NCBI GenBank assembly: GCA_028534125.1
Contig: CM052833.1
Location: forward strand, 3,534,001 to 3,598,000
Length of the DNA: 64,000 bases
Source of the DNA: Lama glama
Taxonomy: Eukaryota
Direction of reading: 5' to 3'
The notes below the pieces were generated by a model, which worked only from the letters and a program-made list of their open reading frames with translations, made no database searches and was not told the DNA's origin. The translations under genes and the position numbers were made by a program. Below, piece by piece: positions 25,793 to 38,789 of the stretch (position 1 is the first letter of the stretch; every line of letters begins with the position of its first letter).

Positions 25793-26327
25793 GAAGACAT
25801 GTAAACAACCTAAATGTTCACTGACAGATGACTGGATAAAGAAGGTGTGGTATATTTATACAGTGGAATATTACTCGGCCATAAAAAAGAATAAAATAAT
25901 GCCATTTGCAGCAACATGGATGGACCGAGAGATCATCATTCTAAGTGAAGGTAGTAGGCTAGAAAGAGAAAGAAAAATACTGTATGATATCACTCATATG
26001 TGGAGTCTAAAAAAAAAAGAAAAGAGGACACTAATGAACTCACCTACAAAACAGAAAACAGATTCACAGACATAGGAAACAGTCTTATGGTTACCGAGTG
26101 AAAGGGGGTGGGAAGGGATAAATTTAGGAATTTGACATTTGTAAATGTTAGCCATTGTGTATAGAAATAGATTTTTAAAATTTCTTCTGTGTAGCACAGG
26201 GAAGTATACGCAATATCTTGTAATAACTTTAATGAAAATGAATATATGTATGTATACGCATGACTGGGACATTGTGCTGTACACCAGAAGCTGATATACT
26301 GTAACTGACTGTACTTCAATTTAAAAA
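25793..26327 (+). mobile_element. 5'-truncated young L1 with ORF2 C-terminus and 3' UTR
   Basis: Translates to KTCKQPKCSLTDDWIKKVWYIYTVEYYSAIKKNKIMPFAATWMD (L1 ORF2p C-terminus); exact 16-bp TSD AATGATAGATGGTTAT at 25777-25792 and 26328-26343. Confidence 0.95.
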
Positions 26328-27064
26328 AATGATAGATGGTTATAAAATGACACCTGTATCTGTGATGATCAGACATTCAGGTGTTCAAGATTTGTTTGGA
26401 AAGTGAATTCATCTCCAGTTGGTTCACAAGCAAAACAGGATGAAAGGGGAAAAGATCACTTGATGATCGTTTGCTTAGATCAAATTTCCGAGAGACCAGC
26501 TCCCTTTCTCTTTCTCTTGTGGGATGCTGCGGCATGGAAAAAAGAAAGACCAGCCTTACTATGCAGACTTGGGAAAACAATCACTTGTTGGTGGAACAAG
26601 AAGGTCCGTGTGAAATTAAAAATACACCACTGAATGTCCCCCAGAGCTTGGCACTTCTTTTAGGACTTAAGCAGCATGCTGATTATTTTCACCCTATTGG
26701 AAAGGACTTACAACGTTACTGGGGCTTATGCTAAATATAGATTTACTGCAGCCTGGTAAACTTTCAAACATCAACCAATTAAATATTTATTGCCTGGATA
26801 AAACGATTCAAATGAAATGAAGCCGAAAAGGAACCATTTGTCCTCAGTGACAGACTGAATCATCTAAGTCTTAACGATGGATGAATACATCCCTGCACAC
26901 CAAGATTTCTAAAAGTCAACTTCGCTTCTTCTCAGTCTTTTCTTCCCCCTTCTCCTGCTGACAGCCAAATCAATTCTCATCCTATCGCCTTCTTGCTGCT
27001 GGGACTGCTTGTCAAAGGAGACTCACTGCTCCCTTCTGACTTGATTTTACCAGACTCCACTCAG

Positions 27065-27235
27065 CAGGCAACAACTCTGCAAGATAAGTATTATCGTCAT
27101 CTTTTTACAGATGAGGACACTGAGGGACAGAATGTAAGTAGGACGTTCAAGTTCCCAGCCAATGAGTGGCAGAGCCAGGATTCAAATCCAGGCAGCTTGA
27201 CCGTGGGGGTCCACATTCTGAATCCCACCATTGGT
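27065..27235 (-). mobile_element. MIR SINE
   Basis: tttttacagatgaggacactgaggg...gtggcagagccaggattcaaatccaggcag (MIR core, antisense). Confidence 0.8.
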
Positions 27236-27284
27236 AGAATGTGAATTAATATAGGTGTCCGCAAAGCTCCAAGCAGAGTTTAGT

Positions 27285-27540
27285 GAAGCAGCCTAACTTA
27301 TGGAAAGGACACGGCTCTGGAGTCAGACAGGCCTTGGTTCAAATCCTTGCTCTCCCACCTAAACCTGTCTTTGGCAGTCTGTGAATCTTTCTGAGCCTCA
27401 GTCTTCCTATCTGTAAGATGAGGATGACAACACCTATTTTGCAAGCCTGTGAGACTTGAATTAGACTGAAATGATGTGTGGGGCTCCTAACACGTGCAGA
27501 TGTGTGCCTGACGCATCAGGGCCGTTACGCTATCATTAGC
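27285..27540 (+). mobile_element. MIR SINE
   Basis: ggctctggagtcagacaggccttggttcaaatcc...ctgagcctcagtcttcctatctgtaagatgagg. Confidence 0.8.
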
Positions 27541-28763
27541 CCTCATAAGGTCAGAGAGCAGGGAGAACACTGTGGGGAGATGCAACATCAGGGCAGATCA
27601 AGGAACTGGTGGAGACTTGGAGCAAAAGGAGAATCTGGAAAGTAGTAGTTCTTAATTTGGCTGCACACTGGAATCACCCAGAAAGCTTTACAAGAGCACC
27701 TCGGGCTTACCCTATGTCTGCTTTTCTGAAGTCCTCCACAGGTGACTCTGGACCGCGCTCCTGCACGATTGGGGAAGGGGAACAAGAACAGCCCTGGGAG
27801 AGGAAGGTGAAGGGTGGGTCAAGAGGGAAGGGAAGCCAGAGGATGGCAGACTCTCCTCATTGCTGAGTGATCCAGTCGGACCAGGCACTTAGACTTGTAT
27901 CAGTGCACCCTGATGGCTCGCTACGTGCAAAGCCCTGGACTCACTGGCAACCGCATCCCTCCGCAGGACAGAAGCACGTGTGCTGAGTCAGTGTTTACAG
28001 GTGGGTGGGTGCCTGCGTGATGTGACAAGCCAGGATGGGAGCCCACATGTGGTCTGACTATCCCAGCAAGGACCCCACAATTCCCCAATAACACTCCAAA
28101 AATAAGAGTGCCCGGTCCCGATGGGCAGCCGATCTCAGGTAACAGACAATTCAGATCAAACTCACTCATTCCAAGGTGAGGATGACTGGTAGCCTAGAAG
28201 GGGCAGATTTTCAAAAGGAAGAGTTAATCCAAACGTACCTGCTCTCAGTGTCACGTGGGAGAGGTATCTGTACCCTTCCCTCACCACCCACCCACTCCAA
28301 ATCCTAGACCAGAGGTCCCCACACAAACACGCCACTCTCCTCCCAACACGTGTCCAAGGCTGGGTTTTCAGAAACTCTCTGAAAGGAAAATTCTTGCAAA
28401 GGCGTAACATTCAGCTCTCAAAAACATGAGAATAATAAAACAAGGCAGGAGCACTGGTGGGTTTGGGAGGTGTCCCGCTAAGAGAGCCTAAATCCGTATC
28501 TCTGTCCACGTGCCAGCAAGTCCATCTGCAGCGCTGATGCCCATTAAATGCCACGCACAGCGGACATGCAACCCAGCATCAGCCGGTAAGCGTTCCCTGA
28601 AAGCCAGCACTCATTTCCCATTGCCCCTAAAAGCATCTGCAGATGCCATCTCGCTTTAAAAACCAGACGAGGCCACAGTGTGAACTTAGGGCAGATCAAA
28701 GTCCATCAGCGTCCCCACTCCTGAAATGGATTTGCCATCTGGCCATTATCAAGAACTTCCTAC

Positions 28764-28863
28764 AGGAGGGTGTAGCTCAGTGGCAGAGCATGTGCTCAGC
28801 ATGCATGAGGTCCTGGGTTCAATCCCCAGTACCTCCATTTAAAAAGGAAACATAAACCATGGA
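28764..28863 (+). mobile_element. Short vic-1-type camelid SINE
   Basis: GGAGGGTGTAGCTCAGTGGCAGAG...GAGGTCCTGGGTTCAATCCCCAGTACCTCC; diverged TSD AAGAACTTCCTAC (28751-63) / AAGAACCTACTAC (28864-76). Confidence 0.88.
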
Positions 28864-29462
28864 AAGAACCTACTACGTGCTTAGCAATGCTGGGCTCAGA
28901 CCCCTGCACAGCTGATTCAAATTCTGGCACCCAGGGGCAAATCTGACGTACCATGTTTAAATGAGAACAGCCTCGTCTCATTTGACAAAAAAAGGGAGAA
29001 AAAGGAAAACAATTGTTAGGCAATCCCCAGCCTACATGAACCTTACAGCCACAAACAAGAGTTATTCCTCCACATGGACAAGAAGGACATCTGCTCCATA
29101 TGTTGACACGTTCACGGTCACATAAAAACGTCCTCACAGCTGGCTCCTTGGGAACCATGAGAAGACGCATTCTTTGTTTATCCTGAGTTCTATAAACTTT
29201 GGTCCTGAGCTTTTATTCCTCTTCAGTTTTTGATTATCATATTTTCACTGGCATTTTATATATTCAAGAAATACTTAATTAAGATGTCTCACATCCAACA
29301 AATAACGTAGGGAAAACAATTAAAACTTGAAAGTTTAAACTGCATCTTGTAAGCACTGCATTTCACACCTATCAATTTTGCTCCTGGCATGACACCCCCA
29401 CCCCACTACCACCAAAGAAAGCAAGGGAAAAGGGACATCTCCAGAGCTTTAAAAATGTTTTG

Positions 29463-29675
29463 ATTTTTTTTAATGAAGTATAGTCAGTTTACCACGTTGT
29501 GTCAATTTCTGATGTACAGCATAGTTTTTCAGTCATACACGTACATTCATATGTTCCTTTTCATATTCTTTTTCGTTATAGTTACTATAAGATATTGAAT
29601 ATAGCTCCCTGTGCTGTACAGTATAAACTTGTTGTTTATCTATTTTATATATAGTAATTAGTATCTGCAAATCTC
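29463..29675 (-). mobile_element. 5'-truncated L1 3' tail
   Basis: poly-T then aatgaagtatagtcagtttaccacgttgtgtcaatttctg...ccctgtgctgtacagtataaacttgttg. Confidence 0.87.
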
Positions 29676-30295
29676 CACGGTGGGCTCTACAGCCCCTGAT
29701 TTACAGACCTGGAGAGGTTATGTGAGGTCACAGAGCAGCAAGAGGCCAGGGCCGTGAACCAAGGCCAGCCCGGGAGCCCCCTGCTTCCATTCCAGGGGGT
29801 GTGTCACCAGCACCCCAAGCGGATCTGCCTGACCCGGGGCTGGCACTCCAGGGCACTGGGCAGGAGGCAGTACAGCTCAGGGGGTGGGGGAGGCCTGGGC
29901 TGGAGGCCAGCACTGCCCAGACCTCCCCGGGGCAGCCTGGAGGTGGGGAAGCCTCCAGTTACTGAACCCAGGAAGCTCAGTTTCTGCCTCTGTATGGAGG
30001 GGATAATGCAGCCTTCCCACTAATGAGGAAGAGATGTGATCCCATGAGTTGAGGGCTTAGCGCAGGTGGAGCACAGAGCAAGGGTTCGGCTGCAGTTCCC
30101 CCAAGGCACTGGGACATGAGTCAGCGCCCTGAGAATCACCTGGGGGAGCTTTTAAAGGACACCGATGCCCAGACCCACCCCCAGGAAGTCACATCCCACT
30201 GGGCTGCAGTGGAATCCAGCTACCCGTTCTTTTTAGAAATTGCTTGGGTGTCCCAAAACAGTGACAACTATTCCTACCTTAAATTGAAGTGTCTT

Positions 30296-30305
30296 TGATT
30301 GACAG
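30296..30305 (+). promoter_or_regulatory. PBX-MEIS/PREP decamer motif
   Basis: Exact TGATTGACAG, overlapping CAGGTG E-box, with TAAT/ATTA cores in the following 70 bp. Confidence 0.35.
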
Positions 30306-31789
30306 GTGCTGGGAAAAGTGCGGAATCAATTACAAAGTGAACTGCTCTAATGAAATCCGTAATTATTGTGCTAAGGCCTTCTCAAGACTTTCTGTGTTTC
30401 TTAACAAACTCTCCACTGTTTTTTGTGATAGCTGAGTGCTGTAACTCCTTCCTGGAGCGTAGCATTAAGATGAACAGGCTGGTCCCTGAACGGTAAGTTC
30501 CACTGGAAGAGCCCGTATCTATAAAAATGCCCTGGCACATGGGAGGACTTCTAATGTTCCAGTCTCAGTCGGCGACACAGAAAAAAAGACTTGCAGGCTC
30601 ATTTATACGCATCGGGTAGATAACTGGAGATGTCTTTTTTTAAGGTGGGAAGAGAATCTCGGGGTTCTGTGAACTAACCAGGATCCCTCTTTCTACGCTG
30701 ACACCTCTCAGTACGAGTCACCTTCAGCGGTGTCCTGCTCTGTTCTACCAGGCTCGTTCCACAGTGGGGGCTGCAGGGAGGCTGCAGAGGCTGGAACGCA
30801 ACCCCGGCCAGCCCCCAGAGAAGCCAGGAGGAGGGTGGCCCAAGACCTCTCCCCACACCCTCAGCTGGCCCAGGGCCTGCCCAGCTCTGGCCTTGGAGGA
30901 CACCACCCAGGAGGTCACGAGGAGCCCAGGAGCCGGAGCCCTGCACCATCACAGCCCCTTCCCAATAAAACCATCCTCGTGGATTTTCGCTTCATTGTCA
31001 TGATTTAGCAAAGTCAACCCCAGGAGAACTTTCCTACCACCTTGCCAGCTTGAGTTTCTGCCTTGCGTCACTGTTGGCCGCAGCTTCGGGCCAGGCAGCC
31101 CCGCCGCTCGGCAGCTGTGAAACAGGAGATGCTGCCGGGTGTAAATGGTGGGTTTTCTGCAGCTGATGAAAGGTCACTGTGGTTCGGGTTTAGACACTCT
31201 GAAACCTATTTGTTGAGGCCTTAAAATTCAGAGCGAGATGAAACTGCACTCTGCACAAAGCCCTCTCCCTTTCAGACACAAAGGAAGGGGCTTCAAAGGG
31301 CTCCCACAATGTCACCTCAAAGGAGAAGCAGGGACTGTCAGGGAAAGAGGATGGATCCAATGTCACAGTCCTGGCCTCACTGGTTACAAGCTGCAGGACC
31401 TTGGACGAGTCACCCCTCCCCTCGGCTATTTTCATGGATGTATCTAGATGCCGACCAAGATGTTTGGACATTGATCAAGAGATGCACTGAAGTTCTTTGC
31501 GGTCATCAGAGTTTCTGGGTCTTTACTGAGGAAGGCCTCTCGGCTGCCATGATGAAAGGAAAACAAGGCATTCCTGGCCTTTCCCACCCCTGGAGCTTCG
31601 GCAGGTTTCCTGCCTTTAAAAAAACTAAAAGGTAAAAGCCCTGCCACCCTGAGCCCTCTCTCCTATGCTGCCGGCCCCAGGGGGACCTGCTCCCTGCCAT
31701 CTCCTCCTCCTCTCGAGGCTGAAATGAACCAGCACAATTTCCAAAGCACCATGTGTAAAAGAGTCCTGTCTACAGAAACCAATGGATGT

Positions 31790-32330
31790 TTTAAATGGCG
31801 GCTAAAAGAACATATTCAAGAGAACCGAAAACCTATGTTCACTTAAACACTCATCCAGCTACGTTAGTCCTGACAGCCAAAAAGGTGGAAACAACTCAAA
31901 TGTCCATCGACTGAGGGCAAAACGTGCTCAAACCAAACAATGGAATAATATTCTACTCTTAAAAGGAATCAAGTACTGATCCATGGTGCAGCGTGGCTGA
32001 TGCCTGAAAACAGGATGCTTAGGGAAGAAACCAGACTCAAAAGGCCACATATCACAGAAGTCTATTTATATTAAACTGCCAGTAGAGGCAAATCCATAGA
32101 GACAACGAGTAGATTAGTGGCTGCCAAGGACCTGGGGGGGTGGAATGGAGAGTAACTGCTAATGGGCACAAGGTTTCTTTTGGGGGGTGATGAAAACATT
32201 CTGGAATTAGATATGGTGATGGCTGCACAGCTCCATGAATATACTGAAAAGCCAGGGAGAATACTAAATGCTTTTTAAAGGATGGGGAGGGTTATGGTAT
32301 GTGAATTATATCTCAATAAACTCATAAAAA
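31790..32330 (+). mobile_element. L1MB-like 3' fragment
   Basis: gccaaaaaggtggaaacaactcaaatgtccatc...aatccatagagacaacgagtagattagtggctgcc...ggtgatgaaaacattctggaattagat...gtgaattatatctcaataaa. Confidence 0.85.
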
Positions 32331-33864
32331 AGTAAGCCTACGTACCTAGATGTGTGGGACGCTAGTGTAAAAATCTTCCCAACTTTTCCGGCAGCATCAC
32401 TGAGGGAAAGCTGCCCTGTCCCACGGCCTCCTGCTCCCATGAGACAGGCTGGTCACAGTGGGCTCCCCCTACCTGGCACATCAAATCCTTCCCCCTCTCA
32501 CCCACTTGCAAGGAGAGAGAGGAGCCAGCTCCGTCTCTGAGCATCCTCTCCTGGGCGACTGACACATTTCTGGATGTAAATCAATAACTTGGATTTGTTT
32601 AGCCAATTACAGCCAGCCCATGGTACACCCCGTGTGAGATTTCCTGCATGAGAAGCCTCATCCACAAAAGCTGAGGCCAGGTGAAGGATGGCACTCACAG
32701 ATTTTCAGCCCTTTACTTCCTTAATCGTATCTGAGACTCACAAGGGCCCAGAGAGCACAGGGTGGTGTTGTGCCCATTTTACAGACTGGAAAACTGAGGA
32801 TCAGAGAAGCGCGATGACCCACCCAAAGTCACACAATAGTGGGAAATGGTGCATAGGGCAAGAACCTGGCACCTGGACTCCTGGTCCGGCGCTCTGTTTA
32901 AGACACCTGCCTGCCCCTCCTTCCCACATACTTGGCAGTTGAGAAAGACCATGCACCTCGTCGTCCAAAACGCTTCTTTTCCATAACTAGAACTCAATGG
33001 CTCACCCCTGGAATGAAGAGTCGTGCACCTGTCCCCACCTGCCCCCCTGCCCAGAGCAAGAGGCCAACTACACTGCCACCTTCAGACCTGAGACACAGAG
33101 ACGGAAGCTTATGGCCCTGACACTTCCCTCTGGCTCTTCTCCCTAAAACCCCTCCTTCAGTGTCAGATGTCTTCACAATCCCTTTTCTTTTCTGACCATC
33201 TGCTTTGGGGCTACATCCTCTCCTCCCCTGTCCATGGAGAGAAAACAAAGATTGCGTCTCAAGGGAGATGGCTGCAGGCACCCACTTCCTGGTCACGTTT
33301 GTTGAGTCCTCCGCCCCCTGGTCACTCCTGTTGTCCCAGGGCCGGTCCTGTCCTCACCTCTGTGGACAGGCTGGGTGAGAAGAGCAGCCCCTGTGCCCGT
33401 CGGTTCCCCAGGCTGCAGGCCCACTGCCCCGCCTCACAGAGGCCTCCCTCTCAAAGCCACCAGAGTGGCTGAACATGCTCAGACTTGAATGCGTTCACCA
33501 TTCACCCAGTGATCTGGATGGGGCCTGAGATGCTGCATTTCTAAGCACGTGACGCCAGTGATGCCGGCCTGGAGACCACACCTGGCACGTTCCAGCGGTC
33601 TCCACTGAAGAACTGGGGCTGAGACAGACAGACAGCAACCAGCCAAACTTAAAAGAAAACAGTCCTGCTCATTTAGAAGGGACGTGGGCAGGAAAAGTGT
33701 TTCTATCTTTCCTTTGTGTGACTGCACTTGGTGTGACTGCACTTTTAGAGTCCTCAAATTCATAGAAACAGAAAGTGAAATGGTGGTTGCCAGGGGCCGG
33801 GGGAGGGAGAAATGAGGAGTTATTGTTTCACTTGTTTGGGGTTTCAGATCTGCAAGATGAGAGT

Positions 33865-33998
33865 NNNNNNNNNNNNNNNNNNNNNNNNNNNNNNNNNNNN
33901 NNNNNNNNNNNNNNNNNNNNNNNNNNNNNNNNNNNNNNNNNNNNNNNNNNNNNNNNNNNNNNNNNNNNNNNNNNNNNNNNNNNNNNNNNNNNNNNNNN
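33865..33998. other. Assembly gap (N run), preceded by an L1M 3' fragment from ~33750
   Basis: Run of n; upstream caaattcatagaaacagaaagtgaaatggtggttgccagggg. Confidence 0.95.
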
Positions 33999-34342
33999 GG
34001 AGAAACAGTCAGTAACTTGCTTGCAGACATGTGTGACTTGAAACCAGCTTGCAAACAAGCATGGTTTGAAGGGGAGGGTGGTATTTCCAAACGCTGAGAT
34101 TCTGAACAAGCACAGGGAGAGAGCAGGAAAGCCAGGGCACAAGGGGGACGACCAAACAGCAGAAATAATGGAGAAACTGAGAGCCAAGACACATTGTTGT
34201 GTTAGAGACAAGATGTCTTCTTGAGGAAAAGATGCCAAATTTCCTCTTGAAGATTCTCTGTGTTTCTGACCAAAGGGCTTTATCTATGTTGCCACTGAAG
34301 GACCAGCTAATCTGTTATAGGATGTTAGTTACAACACAGCTC

Positions 34343-34543
34343 TCTATATAAAAATAGATATAAAAACAAATTTCCTCTGTAGAGCACAGGCAACTATATT
34401 CAATATCTTATAATAATCTATAATGAAAAAGAATATGAAAACAAATATATGTGTATATATATATATATGACTGGGACATTGTGCTGTACACCAGAAACTG
34501 ACACATGGTAACTGACTGTACTTCAATTTAAAAAAAAAAAAAA
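34343..34543 (+). mobile_element. 5'-truncated L1 3' tail
   Basis: agcacaggcaactatattcaatatc...tgactgggacattgtgctgtacaccagaaactgacac...gtacttcaattt + poly-A. Confidence 0.88.
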
Positions 34544-34829
34544 CAGTGACTCAGGAAGCACTGCCAGAAAGACAGAGAAGGCCATGTCTCCCCTCCCGCC
34601 ACTGCCGCCTGGAGAGGAAAGGTCTGCGCTGACTGAGATGCCATGAGGATCCCAAGCTTTGTGCAAAGAAGTTCAGTTCAGAGCACTGAATTGTTTTAAT
34701 TTGCAAAACAGCATAAATTTAAAAAGAAAAACATGCTAAGATTAAAATCTCACTCAAAATGTCCTTTTAACTTCTGACATATTCATTCACTTTCTGTAAG
34801 TTTACATTCAAGCACACAGCAGAAAAAGT

Positions 34830-35312
34830 CCATTGCTTCCTGAGCTGCCTGTCCCCCGTGTTCACTCTCCCCTTCTTTCTCAGGCAGAGAAGCCCGGTTT
34901 TACTTAGGGTGGCCATGCAACCAGCTAAAAACCTTCATTTCCATGACTCCTTAGCAACTACCAGGAGCTCCAGAACTAAATTCAGGCCAATCCAGTGTCA
35001 GCAGAAACTTTCGGAAAGTCAGAGGATGGTACAAGCTCTTTCTCAGCCCCCCTCCTCTCTGCAGCCTAGAACACAGAAGTGATGACTAGAGCTCAGATGG
35101 TCATCCTGGACTGCAAGGCGACATGCTAAGAACAACAGAACAACAGAGAAAAAATCCCATCCCTGATGACCCGGGAACCACCCTACTGACTCTGGAATGT
35201 ATCCCCCAGATGTCTGTCCTTCACACAATAAGAAAGGAATCTTCTGCCTTTAAACCACTCATTATTGTTTTGAGGGTTTTGTTATGCAATGGTAAACTGA
35301 TTTTAAATAACA
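34830..35312 (+). mobile_element. MLT1 (ERVL-MaLR) solo LTR, old subfamily
   Basis: catttccatgactccttagcaacta...ggccaat...cctttaaaccactcattattgttttgagggttttgttatgcaa...aataaca. Confidence 0.65.
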
Positions 35313-35344
35313 ATTTTAAGGAAACATTTTTAAGAATCCCCCAT

Positions 35345-37800
35345 GGAGAGAGGAGTCTATGAAGATGGCATAGTGAGAGAGAATATTTTGTGTATCTTCC
35401 AAAACCCCACATAAAAATAGAGAAACCAATGTATGGATATGTGGGATCTCTCTGTACGATTCTTTACAACTGCATGTGAATCTCTATCTCAAAATATATT
35501 TAATTTCTAAGTACTAGCTTTAAAAAAATCAACCAGAGAGCAAAAAAAAAAACAACCCATACACAACATTTACAAGAAAATGACAAGCGTCAAGTACAAC
35601 TAAGTGGGAAAAAATTCCACAAACACTAAAACATAAGTGGGTGAGGACACACCACAACTGCTGTAAGGCACGCATCGTATTGTCATCTGCTCAGCAGAAA
35701 ACAGAGGGAAACAATAAGGCATCTGACAGACGTGAGATCAGGGGAACCCAAAATAGCTGACAGGTATTCACTGGAAAGTATGGCAGGCCAGTGTGAGAGT
35801 AGCAGCTGAAACTGAGAGGGGTGTTGACCAATCCAGCACAAGGCAGGTCATGAGCCCATTGCTGGACTAAAAGAGTGGGGCCATCTAGTCCCTAGGAACT
35901 CTTGAAAATGGACCCCAGGGCACCCCTCCAGGAAAGGAGTCACTGCTGGGAGTGGAATCAAAACCGAGCAAGACAGGAGCAATAATACAGAGGAAAGCGA
36001 TGGTCCAATTAAAGATGAGAGACAGAAACAGAGCCCAGAAATCTCAGAATGCAACCAGCCGTGTTTCTGAACACGCTACCAAAAGAGACAAGGAGGATCT
36101 GCGAAGTTAGAAAAACAACTCTGAAACAAGTCTCCTCCTAAAAGTTCAGAAAAACTTATTTCACATAAAAATGAGCACCATAAAAGCATAAAGGTCAAAC
36201 CACATGCAGAGTCGTTAGAGGGAAAACGTGAATAAGGAGCTGAGCAACATCTTTATAGACAGTGAAAGTATGCCAGAAGGACCGATCTAAAGAACAAATC
36301 AAATTTGTACCCCAGTTTTTTAAAAGTGGGGAAAATATATAGTGAAATGATATAAGACAAGGAAGAATGATATAAATCAGAAATAGGAAAGCTCAGACAT
36401 GAGAACTCGGGCACTTCAAAGAACAAGAAAATCCCTAATATTCAGAAATGACTCTTAAAGTGAAATAAACACAGAAGCAAATAAATACAACAGGTAATCC
36501 TTTAAGTTACGGAGAAAGTCAAATTGGGACTTTATTTTTTAATTCAAAAAGAAGAAAATAATTCAAAAGAAAGCACATTACTCCCAGTAGGTCAAGAAGC
36601 TCTAACACACAGAAAATAGGAGTCCCTGAAGAAGACGAGCAAAACAAGGGAAAAGAACCAACATTTAAAACTATAATACAAGAATACTTTCCTACAATTA
36701 AAAAAAAATATGTATTTGAAAACACATATTGAAAGAGCATGCTGTGTACCTGAGAATACTGGTCCAGAATGACTCACCCCAAGACACAGTCTAATTACTG
36801 AACTTCACAGAAGAAGAAAAAAAAAGTTGTTTGGGAGTCTTAGCGAAAATGACTTATAAGGGAAAGAAAAGTGGATCAGCACCAGACTCTTCAAAAGCAA
36901 CACTTTATATAGAAGAAAATGGGGTGATAAAAAGAAGATGGGAGCCAAGGACATGACATATAGTAAAACTTAAGTATAAACTGTATCAATAAACTGTTAA
37001 CTGTGCAAAACCCTGAAGGTTTTCCTAAAGAATCTATTAGAACAAGGGTCCTCAAATTTTTTATCTTCAACTCCTTACCCTCATCAAATTACTAAACAGC
37101 CCAAAGAGCTTTGTTTATGTGGGTGCTAGACACGTCATTTACCTTTCAGGAATTAAAACAGAAATTTTTAATGTATTTTTAACTAGTCAAAAGTAACAAA
37201 CTCATATGCCAACATCAATAGCATATTTTAGGAAAAATAACTGTTTTCCTAAACAAAAATAATTAGCGAACAGAGTAGCATTGTTTTCATTGTTTTAAAT
37301 CGCTTTACTATCTCTCCTGATACAAACAGCCAGACTCACCTGTCTGTTTGCATGTTCAGTCTGCTGGGGTATCGCAGGTCCCAGAGCTGTACCCTCATGA
37401 GGGGGAGAAAGTGGTGGGAAAGGGGGAAACATCTTAGAATGATCATGAGAACAGCTTTGACCTCAAGGACTCCGTGCCTGGAGAATGAGCTAGAGACACA
37501 CAAAATGACTAGAAAGACAAGAATACAAGGTTTGGGGGTGAACTTTAACCATGAAGATACTTGTAGAACTAAGAGTCAACAAGGGCTAAAATGAAGAGAG
37601 GACAGTTTGAGATGGCTACATATCCTGACTCTGCAGATACAGAACTGCTAAAAAATGAGGAGAGCAAATGCAAAAACAAAAATAAAATCTTAACTCTTCT
37701 CAGTAATTATACTGCTGGTGGTAACAGTCTTGTTAATCTCATACTTCCCGGAGTGTCGGGGAAGGTAAAGGGGTAAATATGGGCTATTCTATCCAGCCCT
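35345..37800 (+). mobile_element. HAL1-like (half-L1, ORF1-only) element, interrupted
   Basis: A-rich decayed ORF1 motifs (aataggagtccctgaagaag; ataatacaagaatactttcctacaattaaa; attgaaagagcatgctgtgtacctg; tataagggaaagaaaa); sequence resumes after the DNA transposon at ggagaatgagc. Confidence 0.65.
37043..37478 (+). mobile_element. MER119/Charlie7-like hAT transposon nested in HAL1
   Basis: cccaaagagctttgtttatgtggg...gaaaaataactgttttcctaaacaaaa...gagtagcattgtttt...ctttgacctcaaggac. Confidence 0.65.
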
Positions 37801-38540
37801 GGGTTTGTGTGCAGGATCAGAAGCAACCCTAAACTCATATCCCAGCTCTCCCTTCTCACATGTCTCTAGTACCATCTTTCCAAGCAAGATATCTGGTCCT
37901 TATTCTAGGCTTGACCGGCCCCAAACTGAACACGTGACCATCTCCCCAAACCAGCCATCCACTCAGGTCCTCCGTCTCCTTTAGGTTTAGCTGTCCTCCC
38001 TCCGTGCAGGGTTAAAAACTGCTGGGTTTTCCCCGACTGGCTTTCTCTCCAGGTCATCAAAAATATTCATAAAGAACATTGTCTTAACTGCCTACGGACA
38101 CCTGTTCAAAGTGTGTGTCCTCTCACACAATAATTCACTCTCTGTGTGTACACCTGGGAGGCGGGGTTGAGTAAATCACTGTCTCACCACACAGTCCAGC
38201 ACTCTGTGTGCATCTGTAGGTGTGTTCATACTTGCTCTCACACGCCTGGACCATCCCGGGAAAGATACACAAGAAACTGATGACACGGACGAGCCAAGCC
38301 AAAGGGTGACCGGGCAGGAATGGGAGGGGACTGTTCACTCTTTGTCCTTTATGCCTTTTAATTTTCAAATTGTTGTAGTACCTATCAAATTTTATCAAAA
38401 GTTTAATTGCAAAATTAAACCAGTTTTATTATATGCAAATGACCCTATACACAGAATTAGTTAATAATTCCAGGGAAACTCAATTTATAAGCACAAACCA
38501 ATTAAAAGACAGAATGAGTTTATATATACATATATATATA

Positions 38541-38789
38541 TTTTTTTTTTACTGAAGTATAGTTTACAATGCTGTGTCCATTTCTGGTGTACAGCACAAT
38601 GCTTCAGTCATACATGAATGTACATATATTCATTTTCATATTCTTTTTCACTGTAAGTTACTACAAGATATCAAATATAGTTTCCTGCGCTTTTACGGCA
38701 GGAACTTGTTGTTTATCTGTTCTATATACATCAGTTAGTGTCTGCAAACCTCAAACTCCCAGTTTATTCCTTCCTACACCCCGCTCCCC
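38541..38789 (-). mobile_element. 5'-truncated L1 3' tail
   Basis: poly-T, actgaagtatagtttacaatgctgtgtccatttctggtgtacagcacaatg...caaactcccagtttattcc. Confidence 0.88.

Noticed and set aside
25785-26075. 96-aa ORF with real protein similarity
   Set aside because: It is the L1 ORF2p C-terminus in a truncated retrocopy, not a host gene.
28237-28378. Minus-strand exon-like segment (ttttcctttcag ... CAG|gtacgt); similar ones near 525-663, 2146-2239, 23069-23151, 23982-24098 and 53293-53393
   Set aside because: Peptides are not protein-like or have stops in all frames; such pseudo-exons are common in long introns and cannot be supported without transcript data.
31163-31202. C/D-box-like pair (TGATGA ... 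CTGA)
   Set aside because: Only ~40 nt with no terminal stem; too short for a snoRNA.
33716-33745. 15-bp tandem duplication (GTGTGACTGCACTT x2)
   Set aside because: Ordinary replication-slippage duplication with no further structure.
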